A stretch of 64,000 bases of DNA from Thermoproteaceae archaeon (lineage in GTDB: Archaea > Thermoproteota > Thermoprotei > Thermoproteales > Thermoproteaceae): positions 6,943 through 70,942 of the forward strand of contig JAJHRB010000001.1 in the NCBI GenBank assembly GCA_020833025.1, in the 5' to 3' direction. Shown in pieces: positions 50,736-61,797 of this stretch. Numbering within the stretch: position 1 is the first letter of the stretch; every line of letters begins with the position of its first letter. The position numbers and the translations under genes are program-made. The notes under the pieces are model-generated. The model was not told where the DNA came from. It was given only the letters and a program-made list of their open reading frames with translations, and did not search any database.

Positions 50736-50850
50736 AAGGCAGTATGTCGCTAAATTCCAGCCGGCGGCCCTCGCGTACCGGGAGGGCGCCCAAAAAGGGC
50801 TGGGGGGTCGTTCTGCTAGAGGCTTTTTATACTGATGCGCAAAGAGATTG

Positions 50851-53514
50851 GTGTCGCTCGCTGAGAGCGTAGAGACAGTGCCACTCAAAGCCATCAAGTC
50901 AGCTAAATTCGGGCTGCTCAGCCCAGAGATAGTGAGAAAATACGCAATCATGGAAATTACGACATCAGAGGTCTACGACGAGGGAGGCCTGCCCGTGAGG
51001 GGTGGTATTACTGACAGAAGGCTCGGCGTTGCCGAACCCGGGGCGCGCTGCGAGACGTGCGGGCACGCTTACGACACGTGTCCCGGACACTTCGGTTATA
51101 TAGAGCTTGTCAAGCCCGTAATTCACGTCGGGTTTGCCCGCATGATTTATGACATACTCAGGGCCACGTGCCCAAACTGCGGGCGCATAATGTTGAGAAA
51201 TGACGAGATAAAGCGATACAGAGAGAGGCTAGCTAGGCTCAGGCAGAGGTGGAGGCTCCTTGCACTCAACCTCCACGAGAAAATACGCAAGAAGGCCTCC
51301 GAGAGAGCAGTATGCCCGCACTGCGGGCATAAGAAGAATAAGATGAAGTTCGAGCGACCGTACTACTTTTACGAGGAGACAGAGGGCGGCGCGCTAGTAA
51401 AGCTAGATCCAGAGACTCTGAGAGAGAGACTCGCCAAAGTCCCCGGGGAGGACCTAGAGCTGCTGGGCATAGACCCGGCAGTCGCCAGGCCCGAGTGGGC
51501 AATACTGCGGCTGCTGCCAGTCCCGCCGCCGCACGTGAGACCATCAATACAGCTTGAAAGTGGCGTGAGGTCAGAGGATGACTTGACGCACAAGCTCGTG
51601 GACATTATACGGATGAATGAGAAGCTGAAAATGGCGATAGAAACTGGCGCTCCTACGAACGTCATTGAGAGCCTGTGGGACCTGCTGCAGTATCACGTCG
51701 CGACGTACTTTGACAACGAGCTGCCCGGCGTACCCGTGGCTAAGCATCGCAGCGGGAGGCCCCTAAAGGGCCTGGCGCAGAGACTTAAGGGCAAGGAGGG
51801 GAGGTTCCGCGGCTCGCTCTCCGGCAAGCGCGTGAACTTCTCGGCCCGCACCGTAATAAGCCCGGACCCGAACATCAGCATAAATGAGGTGGGCGTGCCC
51901 TACGAGATTGCAAAGATTGTGACCGTGCCCGAGAGGGTGACCGAGTGGAATATTGACTTTCTGCGGGAGCTCGTGATTAGGGGGCCTGACGTGTGGCCAG
52001 GCGCCAATTACGTGATAACACCAGAGGGGAGGAGAATTGACTTGAGATACGTGAAGGACAGGAAGGCGCTTGCCGAGCGGCTGGCACCCGGCTGGGTCGT
52101 TGAGAGACACCTGATAGACGGGGACGTCGTGCTCTTCAACAGGCAGCCAAGTCTCCATAGGGTGTCAATGATGGGACACATTGTCAAGGTGCTGCCCGGC
52201 AGGACTTTCAGGCTTCACCTGTCAGTATGCCCGCCTTACAATGCTGACTTTGACGGGGACGAGATGAATCTCCACGCCCCTCAGACTGAAGAGGCAAGGG
52301 CGGAGGCGAGGACGCTCATGCTGGTGGAGAAGCAGATAATAACCCCGCGCTACGGCGGCTCCATAATCGGGGCGAGGCAGGACTACATCATAGGTGCCTA
52401 CCTGCTGTCGCATAAGAGCACGTTTATCACAAAGAGGGAGCTGGCATATCTCCTAGGCGCCGGGATGTCAGCAGAGGACCCGCCTGAGCCGGCAATATTG
52501 CACCCTGTAGAGCTGTGGACGGGCAAACAAGTTATCTCTCACTTCCTCCCGAGGGACTTAACTTGGGTGCAGCCCACGGCGTTTAAGAGCAAGTGTCAAG
52601 ACGCGTTCAGGTGCGACAGGGACGAGTGGATTATTGTAATTAATGGCGAGCTCGTTAAGGGAGTTCTTGACAAGAAGTCCATCGGCGCGGAGCAGATCGG
52701 CTCCCTATGGCACAGAATCGCAAGGGACTACTCACCAGAGGTTGCGAGGCGGTGGCTCGACTCGTCGCTGCGGGTGTTTTTGAGGTTCCTGGACTTGCAC
52801 GGCTTCTCTCTCGGAATGGACTCGCTGCACTTGCCGCGGGAGGCGTATGAGGAGATAGATAGAATTGTAAAGAGCGGCATTGAGAAGGCCTACGAGCTGC
52901 TGAACGACTACAGGAGTGGGCGTCTTGAGGCGATGCCCGGCCTCACGGTTCACGAGACATTCGAGAATAGAATTGCCGAAATTCTCTCGAAGGTGCGCGA
53001 GGAGGCCGCCTACGTCGTGGAGAGGTACCTCGCGAAGAACTCGGAGGGCTACCTAATGGCCAAGACTGGGGCCCGGGGCAGTATCATAAATATCGTGCAA
53101 ATGGTCGCAGTTCTGGGCCAGCAGACTATTAGAGGCGAGCGCATCAGGCGGGGCTTCAGGACACGCACGCTGCCGCACTTTCCCGCTGACGACATAGGCC
53201 CGCACGCCGGCGGCTTCGTGCAAGGCGCCTTCAAGTTTGGGCTCTCGCCGATTGAGTATTTCTTCCACGCAGCTGCAGGCAGAGACGGCCTCATTGACAC
53301 GGCAGTGCGCACGGCCCAGTCTGGCTACATGCAGAGGCGCCTAATAAACGCGCTGCAAGATATCTACGTGGCGTACGACGGCACGGTGAGATTCGGCGGC
53401 ACGCTGCTATTGCAGCCACTCTATGGCGGGGATGGAGTTGACGTCAGCCGCTCTGACCACGGTAAGATTATTGACATGGGCGTGTTAAGGCTGGCCGCGA
53501 GGGTCGGGACATGA
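50851..53514 (+). CDS. rpoA1: RNA polymerase subunit Rpo1N (A')
   Basis: YNADFDGDEMN, CPGHFG, NRQPSLH. Confidence 0.97.
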   Translation: MSLAESVETVPLKAIKSAKFGLLSPEIVRKYAIMEITTSEVYDEGGLPVRGGITDRRLGVAEPGARCETCGHAYDTCPGHFGYIELVKPVIHVGFARMIYDILRATCPNCGRIMLRNDEIKRYRERLARLRQRWRLLALNLHEKIRKKASERAVCPHCGHKKNKMKFERPYYFYEETEGGALVKLDPETLRERLAKVPGEDLELLGIDPAVARPEWAILRLLPVPPPHVRPSIQLESGVRSEDDLTHKLVDIIRMNEKLKMAIETGAPTNVIESLWDLLQYHVATYFDNELPGVPVAKHRSGRPLKGLAQRLKGKEGRFRGSLSGKRVNFSARTVISPDPNISINEVGVPYEIAKIVTVPERVTEWNIDFLRELVIRGPDVWPGANYVITPEGRRIDLRYVKDRKALAERLAPGWVVERHLIDGDVVLFNRQPSLHRVSMMGHIVKVLPGRTFRLHLSVCPPYNADFDGDEMNLHAPQTEEARAEARTLMLVEKQIITPRYGGSIIGARQDYIIGAYLLSHKSTFITKRELAYLLGAGMSAEDPPEPAILHPVELWTGKQVISHFLPRDLTWVQPTAFKSKCQDAFRCDRDEWIIVINGELVKGVLDKKSIGAEQIGSLWHRIARDYSPEVARRWLDSSLRVFLRFLDLHGFSLGMDSLHLPREAYEEIDRIVKSGIEKAYELLNDYRSGRLEAMPGLTVHETFENRIAEILSKVREEAAYVVERYLAKNSEGYLMAKTGARGSIINIVQMVAVLGQQTIRGERIRRGFRTRTLPHFPADDIGPHAGGFVQGAFKFGLSPIEYFFHAAAGRDGLIDTAVRTAQSGYMQRRLINALQDIYVAYDGTVRFGGTLLLQPLYGGDGVDVSRSDHGKIIDMGVLRLAARVGT

Positions 53515-54650
53515 TGTCGAGACAGGAGCTGCTGGCTAAGCTCTTGAACTTACTGCCGAAGCCGCTCTACAGGGAGCTCGAGAGCGCAATACGCGACCTA
53601 AGCGATGAGAAAGCGCTGCAGCTTGTGTACCGCGTTCTAAAGTCCTACATCTCGTCGCTCATAGATCCCGGCGAGGCCATCGGAATAGTCACGGCGCAGT
53701 CAATCGGAGAGCCCAGCACGCAGATGGTCCTCCGGTCTTTCCACTACGCGGGTCTCAAGGAGTTCTCGATGGCCAAGGGCCTGCCGAGAATGGTAGAGAT
53801 CGTCGACGCCAGGAGGGCGCCCTCGATACCGCTGATGTACGTCTACCTCAAGCCGCCGCACAACAAGAGTAGAGATGCGGCGGAGTCTGTCGCGAAAAAG
53901 ATACAGCAAGTGACTGTGAATGCCGTCGCGAGGGAGGTAGACGTCGATTACCTAGCAGGCACTATTACCATAACACTGGACTCAGAGCAATTGAAATACC
54001 GCGGCTTGAGCGTAGAAGACGTCAGAAGGGCCGTGAGCAAGATTCGGGGGAGAGACTTGAGCGTGGCGGTGCAAGATTGCAGTATCACGATAATGCTGAA
54101 CACGCCGGATATACTGAAGCTCAGAAAGGTTCGCGACAAGGTTCTTAACACAAGAATCTCAGGCATAAGGGGAGTAAAGAAGGTCGTGATACAGTATGAC
54201 TCGACAAATAATGAGTGGTTCATAATCACGGAGGGCACGAATCTTGAGGCAGTGCTGCAGCTTGAGGAAGTCGACAAGACCAGAACTTACAGTAACAACC
54301 TGCACGAGGTTGAGGAGGTTCTGGGCATCGAGGCCGCGAAGGCACTAATTGCGAGAGAGATAAAGCGCGTCCTCGACGAGCAGGGGCTTGACGTCGATAT
54401 TAGGCACATGTACCTGGTGGCTGATGCAATGACGTGGTCAGGCAGGGTGAGGCCCATCGGGCGCCACGGCGTCGTGAGGGCCAAGGAGTCGCCGCTCGCG
54501 CGCGCTGCGTTTGAGGTAACCGTCAAGACACTGCTCGAGGCAGCAATGAGGGGAGAGCCCGAGCACTTCAAGGGCGTCGTGGAGAGCATAATAGCGGGGA
54601 AGTACACACCCATAGGCACCGGCATGGTGCGCCTGCTGATGCAGCTATAA
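53511..54650 (+). CDS. rpoA2: RNA polymerase subunit Rpo1C (A'')
   Basis: AQSIGEPSTQM, GLPRMVEI, RAAFE. Confidence 0.95.
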   Translation: MMSRQELLAKLLNLLPKPLYRELESAIRDLSDEKALQLVYRVLKSYISSLIDPGEAIGIVTAQSIGEPSTQMVLRSFHYAGLKEFSMAKGLPRMVEIVDARRAPSIPLMYVYLKPPHNKSRDAAESVAKKIQQVTVNAVAREVDVDYLAGTITITLDSEQLKYRGLSVEDVRRAVSKIRGRDLSVAVQDCSITIMLNTPDILKLRKVRDKVLNTRISGIRGVKKVVIQYDSTNNEWFIITEGTNLEAVLQLEEVDKTRTYSNNLHEVEEVLGIEAAKALIAREIKRVLDEQGLDVDIRHMYLVADAMTWSGRVRPIGRHGVVRAKESPLARAAFEVTVKTLLEAAMRGEPEHFKGVVESIIAGKYTPIGTGMVRLLMQL

Positions 54651-54681
54651 CTTTAATTAGGGGCGCGAAAACTTGCGTGCT

Positions 54682-54990
54682 ATGATTGACATAGGCAGGG
54701 AGCTCCAGGTCGCAATGTCGACAGGCAGGGTGGCAATAGGATTTAAGGAGGCGAAAAAGGCGCTCTTGACCGGCTCCCCGAAGCTTGTGATAATAGCTGC
54801 AAACGCTCCCAAGTGGGCGCGCGACGACATCGAGCACTACGCCAGGCTCGCCGGGGTTCCTGTGTTTATCTTCCCGGGCTCCAGCATTGAGCTCGGCGCC
54901 GCCGCGAAGAGGCCGCACAAGATAATGGCCATGGCAGTTATGGACCCAGGGCAGAGCGAGATCCTAAAGCTGGTTGAGCGTCATGCCTGA
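54682..54990 (+). CDS. rpl30e: 50S ribosomal protein L30e
   Basis: TG.V.IG, IIAAN.P, ELG. Confidence 0.92.
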   Translation: MIDIGRELQVAMSTGRVAIGFKEAKKALLTGSPKLVIIAANAPKWARDDIEHYARLAGVPVFIFPGSSIELGAAAKRPHKIMAMAVMDPGQSEILKLVERHA

Positions 54991-55417
54991 GATAAGGCTA
55001 ACCGAGGAGGAGATCCGATTCGCAACGCTCTTCGAGAGCGTAACTGGCGTGACGCCGCTCGACGTCATTCTCGACAGCGAGTACTCCAGGGTCATTTACG
55101 TGGTGCCAAAAAACCAGGCCGCGATGGCCGTGGGGCGCGGCGGCTCTAATGTAAAGCTTCTCAGGCAGGTTATTGGGAGGGACGTGGAGGTGGTGGAGAC
55201 CGGGGACACGCCGGAGGAGCTCATCAAGAACAGCCTCTACCCCGCGAGAGTTATCATGGTGAAAGTCGTCAAGGCGCCGTCCGGCACGAAGACTGCTATT
55301 GCGACAGTGGCTTCTGGGGACAAGGGCATAGCCATAGGCAGGAACGGGCGCAACATAGCAAGGGCGCGCCTGCTGGCAAAACGATACTATGACATTGACA
55401 AGATAGTGCTCACGTGA
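54983..55417 (+). CDS. nusA: Archaeal NusA-like KH protein
   Basis: AVGRGG.NV and [11 protein letters not shown] motifs. Confidence 0.92.
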   Translation: MPEIRLTEEEIRFATLFESVTGVTPLDVILDSEYSRVIYVVPKNQAAMAVGRGGSNVKLLRQVIGRDVEVVETGDTPEELIKNSLYPARVIMVKVVKAPSGTKTAIATVASGDKGIAIGRNGRNIARARLLAKRYYDIDKIVLT

Positions 55418-55459
55418 GCGCCTGTGCTAAGGCTTTTATACGCTGGGAGCGGCACTGCC

Positions 55460-55903
55460 GTGCCCGGCAAGAAGTCGCCTAGCGGTTTGTTTGCGGGCGG
55501 CAGGATCAAGAGGAAGAGACAGAAATTCAGATGGAGCGATATAAACTACAAGCGGAGGATGCTCGGCCTTGTCGAGAAATACGACCCGCTGGAGGGCGCG
55601 CCGATGGCGCGGGGCATTGTGCTCGAGAAGGTAGGCGTCGAGGCGAGGAAGCCAAACGCCGCCGTTAGGAAGTGCGTTAGGGTTCAGCTGGTTAAGAATG
55701 GCAAGGTGGTCACGGCCTTCGTGCCGCTTGACGGCAGTCTGAATTACATCAATGAGCACGACGAGGTGATAATTGAGCGCATAGGCGGGCCTGAGGGGAG
55801 GTCGCTCGGCGACATTCCCGGCGTGAGATTCAAAGTGACTAAAGTGAATGGAATTTCTCTCTACGCGATCTGGAGGGGCAAAAAGCAGAAACCCACCAGG
55901 TAG
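55460..55903 (+). CDS. rps12: 30S ribosomal protein S12
   Basis: [25 protein letters not shown]. Confidence 0.96.
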   Translation: MPGKKSPSGLFAGGRIKRKRQKFRWSDINYKRRMLGLVEKYDPLEGAPMARGIVLEKVGVEARKPNAAVRKCVRVQLVKNGKVVTAFVPLDGSLNYINEHDEVIIERIGGPEGRSLGDIPGVRFKVTKVNGISLYAIWRGKKQKPTR

Positions 55904-55918
55904 GGGTCGCTCGCAGTA

Positions 55919-56704
55919 ATGCCGGCGGTCAAAGTCGTAGAGAAGACTCCCCTGTTCTTGAAGGCAATAGTGGACGGCGTTAGCCCATCGCTCGTTAACG
56001 CGCTCAGAAGGGTCATCATCGCAGAGCTTCCTGCACTCGCAATAGACACTGTGATCGTGATAACAAACACCTCGGCCATGTATGACGAAATGCTGGCACA
56101 CAGACTCGCGCTAATTCCGCTGACAACGCCGCTTCACGCGCTCCCGTCAATTGAGGACTGCGAGACGGGAGTAGTGGACCCCTCTGAGTGCACTGTCAGA
56201 CTGACGCTAAACGTCACAGCTAGCGATGACGTGATGGTCTACTCCGGGCACTTAGTCTCCGACAGGCCGGACGTGGCCCCGGTCTACAAGGAGGTTCCCA
56301 TTGTGAAGCTCGTCAAGGGGCAAAGCATAGTGCTAGAGGCCTACGCAAGGCTCGGGCGAGCGAGAGATCACGCAAAGTGGCAAGCAGCCCTTGCGAGTTA
56401 CTACTACTACCCAAGAGTTGTAATCAAGGACGATAGGTGCAGGGAAATTTGCAAGGATATATGCAAGAACCTCGAAGACCCGCTGGAGTGCACATTCAAC
56501 AGGGCGTGGGCGTGCAAAGATATATGCGGCGACGGGCTGGTAGTCGAGTGGGACAAGTACAAGTATGTCTTCTGGATTGAGTCATTCGGAAACTACGACA
56601 TTGATACAGTATTGAGAGAGACGTTTAGTATCATCAAGAAAAAGATGTCCAGATTTCTGGAGACTTTAATGCAGAGGGCGGCGGACTACTCTCAGGGCAA
56701 GTGA
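55919..56704 (+). CDS. rpoD: RNA polymerase subunit Rpo3 (D)
   Basis: NALRR, NTS.MYDE.LAHRLALIP, HAKW, Cys-rich domain. Confidence 0.94.
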   Translation: MPAVKVVEKTPLFLKAIVDGVSPSLVNALRRVIIAELPALAIDTVIVITNTSAMYDEMLAHRLALIPLTTPLHALPSIEDCETGVVDPSECTVRLTLNVTASDDVMVYSGHLVSDRPDVAPVYKEVPIVKLVKGQSIVLEAYARLGRARDHAKWQAALASYYYYPRVVIKDDRCREICKDICKNLEDPLECTFNRAWACKDICGDGLVVEWDKYKYVFWIESFGNYDIDTVLRETFSIIKKKMSRFLETLMQRAADYSQGK

Positions 56705-56745
56705 GAGGCACCTAAGCCTTTAAAGCATGCCCAGAGCCGGCAGGC

Positions 56746-57120
56746 ATGCCGCCCAATCCAACCGGCCCCACCAACAGGCAGCTGAGGATGCTGACTAGAT
56801 TCCTGCGGAAGGCAGCGGCACTAAACTCTGCTAGAATCTGGAGCGCCGTTGCTGATCTGCTCGAGAGACCCGGCAGGCGGAGAGTTGTGGTCAACGTCGG
56901 CAAGCTTGAGAAGCTATCTTATGTCAAAGATGGCGACAGTGTTGTAATACCAGGCAAGCTTCTGGGCGGGGGTGTGCTTAGGAAGAGAGTTACCGTCGCG
57001 GCGTACAAGGTCTCGAAGAGCGCTGTACAGAAGGTTCTCGAGGCGGGCGGCGAGGTGCTGACAATTCCGGAGGTAATCCGCAGGAGCCCGAAGGGCAGCG
57101 GCGTCAAGATAGTCATATGA
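56746..57120 (+). CDS. rpl18e: 50S ribosomal protein L18e
   Basis: VNVGKL, VIPGKLLG. Confidence 0.93.
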   Translation: MPPNPTGPTNRQLRMLTRFLRKAAALNSARIWSAVADLLERPGRRRVVVNVGKLEKLSYVKDGDSVVIPGKLLGGGVLRKRVTVAAYKVSKSAVQKVLEAGGEVLTIPEVIRRSPKGSGVKIVI

Positions 57121-57734
57121 GTGCCGCGACGGCAAGCGCGCAGGCGCCGAGCGTGACAAGAGTACCTCTGGACATCTCGCAGCTGCCCGAGAGAGGCGAG
57201 ATAGTAATAGACGGCGCGGGGCATGTGGCGGGGAGGCTTGCGACTTACATCGTCAGGGTATTGCTAAGCAAGCCAGAGCTCTGGGTTTACGTGATAAACG
57301 CAGAGAAAATAGTAATAACGGGATGCAGCAGAGTGGTAACCCTCTGGTTCGCGAGGAAGATAAGTGAGTGGCGCACTCACTACAACCCGGAGAAGGCGGG
57401 GCCTAAGATTCCAAGAAGGCCGGACCGCGTCTTCAAGAGAATTGTAAGAGGGATGCTCCCCAGGAAGCAGTGGAGGGGGCTCTGGGCCCTCAAGAGACTT
57501 AGAGTATACATGTCAGTGCCGCTCGCACTCATGCAGCGGAGGCGCCTTGTGATTTACGAGATTCCCGAGGCTAAGCTAAGAGCTAAGCCCATGCTGAAGT
57601 ACACCACCCTCGAGGAGGTGTGGCGGCTGCTCGAGCCGCTGGCGTGGGAGAGGTGGAGGCGCGCGAGAGAGTTGTGGGAGCGCAAGACCGCCCAGCTGCT
57701 GGCGAGTAAGACCGGCGCCCCGGGCTCGCAGTGA
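57117..57734 (+). CDS. rpl13: 50S ribosomal protein L13
   Basis: IDGAG..AGRLA, NAEK, P.RP..FKR.VRGMLP. Confidence 0.92.
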   Translation: MSAATASAQAPSVTRVPLDISQLPERGEIVIDGAGHVAGRLATYIVRVLLSKPELWVYVINAEKIVITGCSRVVTLWFARKISEWRTHYNPEKAGPKIPRRPDRVFKRIVRGMLPRKQWRGLWALKRLRVYMSVPLALMQRRRLVIYEIPEAKLRAKPMLKYTTLEEVWRLLEPLAWERWRRARELWERKTAQLLASKTGAPGSQ

Positions 57735-57778
57735 GCCTGCAGGTAAGTTTTTAACAGCGCTCGTCACTCGCCTGAGCG

Positions 57779-58219
57779 ATGAGCCTGCGCGTCCTAGGAG
57801 TCGAGGTGCTACGAGAGGCGCCCAGAGTTGTAGTGTCGGTGGGCAAGAAGAAGACGGCAATTGCAAAAGCAGTCATCAGAGCGGGGGTGGGGCGCGTCAG
57901 GATTAACAGATACCCGCTCGAGCTGTGGCCCGTTGAGGTAGCCCGGCTCAAGATGATAGAGCCGCTAATCCTGGCCGGGGAGCTCGCGAGAAAGGTTGAC
58001 ATAGACATTGAAGTGTCGGGCGGCGGCTTCATGGGCCAGGCAACCGCCGTGAGAATAGCAATTGCAAGGGGTCTCGTTGCATACTTCCAGAGCCAGGAAC
58101 TAGAGGAGCTTTATGAGAAGTACGACCCCTATGTGCTTAGGGGAGACCCGCGGCGCGCGGAGCCCAAGAAGCCCGGTCTCAAGCACGCCAGAAGCAAAAG
58201 ACAGAAGGCGTACAGATGA
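57779..58219 (+). CDS. rps9: 30S ribosomal protein S9
   Basis: [27 protein letters not shown]-type C-terminus. Confidence 0.94.
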   Translation: MSLRVLGVEVLREAPRVVVSVGKKKTAIAKAVIRAGVGRVRINRYPLELWPVEVARLKMIEPLILAGELARKVDIDIEVSGGGFMGQATAVRIAIARGLVAYFQSQELEELYEKYDPYVLRGDPRRAEPKKPGLKHARSKRQKAYR

Positions 58220-58416
58220 TAATCCCGGTCCGGTGTTTCACTTGCGGCAGGCCACTCGGGCACCTTTATGCTGTCTTTAAACAGCGCGTACTGGCGGGTG
58301 AGAGCCCGGGTAACGTGCTCGACAGCCTGGGACTCACGAGATATTGCTGCAGGCGGACGCTAATGGCACACGTTGAGTGGATCGACGACGTCTTAGCGTA
58401 CGAGAGACGGGAGTAG
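58216..58416 (+). CDS. rpoN: RNA polymerase subunit Rpo10 (N)
   Basis: [17 protein letters not shown]. Confidence 0.95.
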   Translation: MIIPVRCFTCGRPLGHLYAVFKQRVLAGESPGNVLDSLGLTRYCCRRTLMAHVEWIDDVLAYERRE

Positions 58417-58512
58417 GGCCCGCGGCGCAGTCCCTGAGCTCTTTGGGCCTCGCCAGGGGGCTGCTGCGACCGCGCGAGACCGTCTCGCGCGGCAGGCTCA
58501 GCGCCGCCGGCC
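58417..58512 (+). other. Long GC-rich stem-loop between rpoN and the Sm gene
   Basis: GCGGCGC/GCGCCGC and CTGAGC/GCTCAG outer stems plus an 11-bp inverted repeat 58470-58480/58482-58492. Confidence 0.55.
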
Positions 58513-58564
58513 GGGCAGCGGGGCGGGAGAGCAACTTTATATTGGCTCCGGCTCTCGTCGTAAC

Positions 58565-58825
58565 ATGTCGAGGACGGCGCAGCAGATTAGAATGCCGTCT
58601 CCAATAAAGTCACTCGTGAAGATGCTGAATAAGGAAGTCGTGGCGAGACTCAAGGGCGGTGTCGCTGTTAAAGGAGTACTGACGGCCTACGATAACTGCA
58701 TGAATCTCGTGCTTGACGACGCAACGGAGCTTGGCGAGACAGGAGAACCGGTGGCGCGCCACGGCAGAATAGTGATCCGAGGGTCTCAAGTCGTCTATAT
58801 TTCATCGCTTGACGCCACAGCATGA
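58565..58825 (+). CDS. Sm-like archaeal protein (SmAP/Lsm)
   Basis: G.L..YD..MNLVL, IRGSQV. Confidence 0.9.
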   Translation: MSRTAQQIRMPSPIKSLVKMLNKEVVARLKGGVAVKGVLTAYDNCMNLVLDDATELGETGEPVARHGRIVIRGSQVVYISSLDATA

Positions 58826-60027
58826 TCATTGTCAGCAGGCTAGAGGCCGTACCAACGGTAAAAAAACAAGTTGAGGTGGTGGAGCGGAAGGGGCAGGGCC
58901 ACCCCGATTACATCGCCGATGGGATTTCCGAGTATGCCAGCCGGTATCTCTCGATGTATTACCTCAAGCAGTTTGGGGTCATTCTGCATCACAACATCGA
59001 CAAGACGTTAATTGTCGGCGGGCAGTCAGCTCCGCGCTTTGGCGGTGGCGAGATCCTCCGGCCAATTTACATACTGATGTCAGGCAGGGCCACGTACGAA
59101 GTAAGGACAAAGGAGGGCACCGTGAAAGTGCCCATAGGGCCTATTGTAATCAAGGCCGCCAGAGACTGGATAAAGCAGTACTTCAGATTCCTCGATCCTG
59201 ACGTGCATGTGGTGATCGATTACAGGATAGGGCAGGGGTCTGCAGATCTCGTGGGCATATACGAGCTAGGCATGGGCAGGGTGCCCTTGGCAAATGACAC
59301 ATCCGTTGGCGTTGGCTTCGCGCCTCTGACGCCGCTGGAGGAACTCGTCTACAAGACGGAGCGGGTGCTCAACTCGCGAGACTTCAAGGCGAGGTTCCCA
59401 GAGGTCGGAGAGGACGTTAAAGTCATGGGCATGCGCGTGGGGAGGGACGTGAAGCTAATAGTGGCTGCTGCAATGATAAGCCACCTCGTCAAGGACAGAG
59501 ACCACTACCTGTCGGTGAAGGAGGGGGTGAAGCGCGCAGTCGAGGACCTCGCGTCAAAAATAGCGCCAGACTACAACGTCAGCGTGACCGTAAACGCGGC
59601 GGACAGGCCGGAGCACGGGATATTCTACCTAACAGTCACAGGCACGTCGGCTGAGCACGGCGATGACGGCATGACCGGCAGGGGCAATAGGGCTAACGGA
59701 CTGATAACGCCGACGAGGTACATGTCGCTAGAGGCCGCCGCAGGGAAGAATCCTGTCAGCCACGTCGGCAAGATCTACAACGCGCTGGCCCAGAGGATTG
59801 CAAGCAGGGTGTACCAGCAGGTGAAAGACGCGCACGAGGTATATGTAAAGATAGTCTCACAGATAGGGAGGCCGATAAGCGAGCCCGAGCTCCTCAGCGT
59901 AGAGATAGTAGGTGGCGAGCTCACTAGCGACACCAAGAGAGAGGCCGAGGCCATTGCGGCTGAGGAGCTGGGTAGGATTACGCAGCTCACCGAGAGCTTA
60001 TTGCGGGGGGAGATTTCCGTGTTCTGA
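58822..60027 (+). CDS. mat: S-adenosylmethionine synthetase (archaeal type)
   Basis: [38 protein letters not shown]. Confidence 0.95.
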   Translation: MIIVSRLEAVPTVKKQVEVVERKGQGHPDYIADGISEYASRYLSMYYLKQFGVILHHNIDKTLIVGGQSAPRFGGGEILRPIYILMSGRATYEVRTKEGTVKVPIGPIVIKAARDWIKQYFRFLDPDVHVVIDYRIGQGSADLVGIYELGMGRVPLANDTSVGVGFAPLTPLEELVYKTERVLNSRDFKARFPEVGEDVKVMGMRVGRDVKLIVAAAMISHLVKDRDHYLSVKEGVKRAVEDLASKIAPDYNVSVTVNAADRPEHGIFYLTVTGTSAEHGDDGMTGRGNRANGLITPTRYMSLEAAAGKNPVSHVGKIYNALAQRIASRVYQQVKDAHEVYVKIVSQIGRPISEPELLSVEIVGGELTSDTKREAEAIAAEELGRITQLTESLLRGEISVF

Positions 60028-60030
60028 CTC

Positions 60031-61797
60031 TCAGCCGCCCAGAAGACCTCTCCTGTACTCCTCAATCACCCTCCTCAGGTCAACGACACGCTCCCCGCTC
60101 CCCACCCGCTTCTTCAGAACTTCCGTCAGCTCTCTGACGGCATGTGCGTCCACGACGTAAAACTCGCCGAGTTGGAGCCGCGCGACCTGCCGCAGGGGAA
60201 CGCCTGACACTCCCCGAGCCACGGCCTCCTCGATGGTCTCTACATTCTTGCAGATTGAGCCGTAAGGCTCGCTCCCGTTACAATTAACAAGTTCCGACGC
60301 GTGAATTATGCGGTATTTAGTGCCGTAGTTGATAAGAATTTCGATCAGCGCCCTCTTGAGGCGCTCTATCTCTGCATCTCTCTCGCTCAGTGCGCGTGCC
60401 AGCGACTCCGCCCGCATTTGCAGCTCCCTGTACTTTACGTCGCGCCACCTCTCGTCCTCGAGGAGTCTCCGCAATTGCGCGTACTCTGCGCGCAGAGCGT
60501 CTAGCTCTTTGCGCAGCTGCTGGTTCTCGTACTCCAGCGCCCTGACGCGCGATAGAAGGCCCTCGTCAGCCGCGGCACGCGGCCTCTCAACGGTGACGCG
60601 CACAATGCGCACCTCCCGGCTCTCGCGCCTCTTAATCGCCTCGGAGACAGCTTGCGCCACTGAGAGCCCGCGGACTATGAGAGCCTTGGCGTACTCAAGC
60701 TCGCCTGGCTCAAGCACGCTCCCGAACTCTCTCTCCAGGCGCTCGAACTTCTGCCTGTGCTCCTGATACGCCCTGTACGCTGCGGCGAGCGCGTCGCGCT
60801 CGTGCGACGTTCTCACTTGAACGCCCAGCCTCTCTACTAGCCGCGCCTTCTCCTCCGTTGTCAAGTCTCGCGATGGCGTGTAGAGCGCCGCCCCGCACAT
60901 GGCAGCGAGCTTCCTCACGAATTCAGGCGCCTCGCTGACGTCGGTCGCGATCATTACCGGAATGCCCCACTGGTGCACGTACCTTATAATGTCGCCGCGG
61001 GAGAGGCCCCTGCGAGCGACAGTGTCGAGAACCTCGCCGCTGAGAGTAAGCACGGCGATACCTGTAACAGCGCCGGGGTCCACCCCAACTATTAAATGGC
61101 ACTCGCGGACTGGGCCCCTGCTGCCTCTGGCCGGCGTCGAGTAAATAACGGCTGAGACGTCAATGCTCCGCATTGGTCTCACGTACCTTCTCACGACCTC
61201 CTTGCCTGCATAAACGACGAACTTGGCTGAAGTGATCTCGCCGGACTCCTTGCGGATGAAGAGGTCGTAGTCAAGCCCCGCGCTCTTCAGCTTTGCCTCT
61301 ATCCTCGCCGCTATCGATCTTATCCTGTGGCTGACGTTCCTCACGAAGCGATTGTGACTCATACCGCCCGCCGCGGGCGATATTTTCCTGTACACCAGGA
61401 TCACGGTCTCCTCCTCGAACAGCCTGACGGCAGTGCCGGCACCGCGCGCGGCGAGCGCGGCCAGATACTCTGCGGTCTCAGGCGGCTCAAGGCGGCTCCG
61501 GAACACGCCGAAGTGCTCGCCCACCAGCTCCTCAAGGCGCCTGTAGCCGCGTTCGTCTCTCGTCACCTCGACGACTGACACGTCGTAGGGAAGGCGGGCC
61601 AGCGCCCCTAGTATTGCCCTGCCGCTCGCTAGCAGCTCGCTCATGCTGTCTACCGCAATGACCTTGACCCTGTATCTCTTGAGGAGCCGCAGAATCGCGC
61701 GCGCGTCAGAGACGCCCCGCTCGACTACAGTACCATTGTCCAGAACGGCGTAGGCGAAGGAGCCGCCCGGCGCGGCGTCGAGACCCAGTATTGCCAT
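60031..61797 (-). CDS. DUF460 protein (RNase H-like folds plus coiled coil)
   Basis: IVGVDPG..TG, IATDV..P, HERDALAAA, long coiled coil. Confidence 0.8.
   Translation of the reverse strand: MAILGLDAAPGGSFAYAVLDNGTVVERGVSDARAILRLLKRYRVKVIAVDSMSELLASGRAILGALARLPYDVSVVEVTRDERGYRRLEELVGEHFGVFRSRLEPPETAEYLAALAARGAGTAVRLFEEETVILVYRKISPAAGGMSHNRFVRNVSHRIRSIAARIEAKLKSAGLDYDLFIRKESGEITSAKFVVYAGKEVVRRYVRPMRSIDVSAVIYSTPARGSRGPVRECHLIVGVDPGAVTGIAVLTLSGEVLDTVARRGLSRGDIIRYVHQWGIPVMIATDVSEAPEFVRKLAAMCGAALYTPSRDLTTEEKARLVERLGVQVRTSHERDALAAAYRAYQEHRQKFERLEREFGSVLEPGELEYAKALIVRGLSVAQAVSEAIKRRESREVRIVRVTVERPRAAADEGLLSRVRALEYENQQLRKELDALRAEYAQLRRLLEDERWRDVKYRELQMRAESLARALSERDAEIERLKRALIEILINYGTKYRIIHASELVNCNGSEPYGSICKNVETIEEAVARGVSGVPLRQVARLQLGEFYVVDAHAVRELTEVLKKRVGSGERVVDLRRVIEEYRRGLLGG

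Noticed and set aside
55460-56704. rps12 not followed by rps7, and rpoD not preceded by rps13/rps4/rps11
   Set aside because: This is most likely ordinary lineage-level rearrangement of the ribosomal superoperon, with no sign of a new function.
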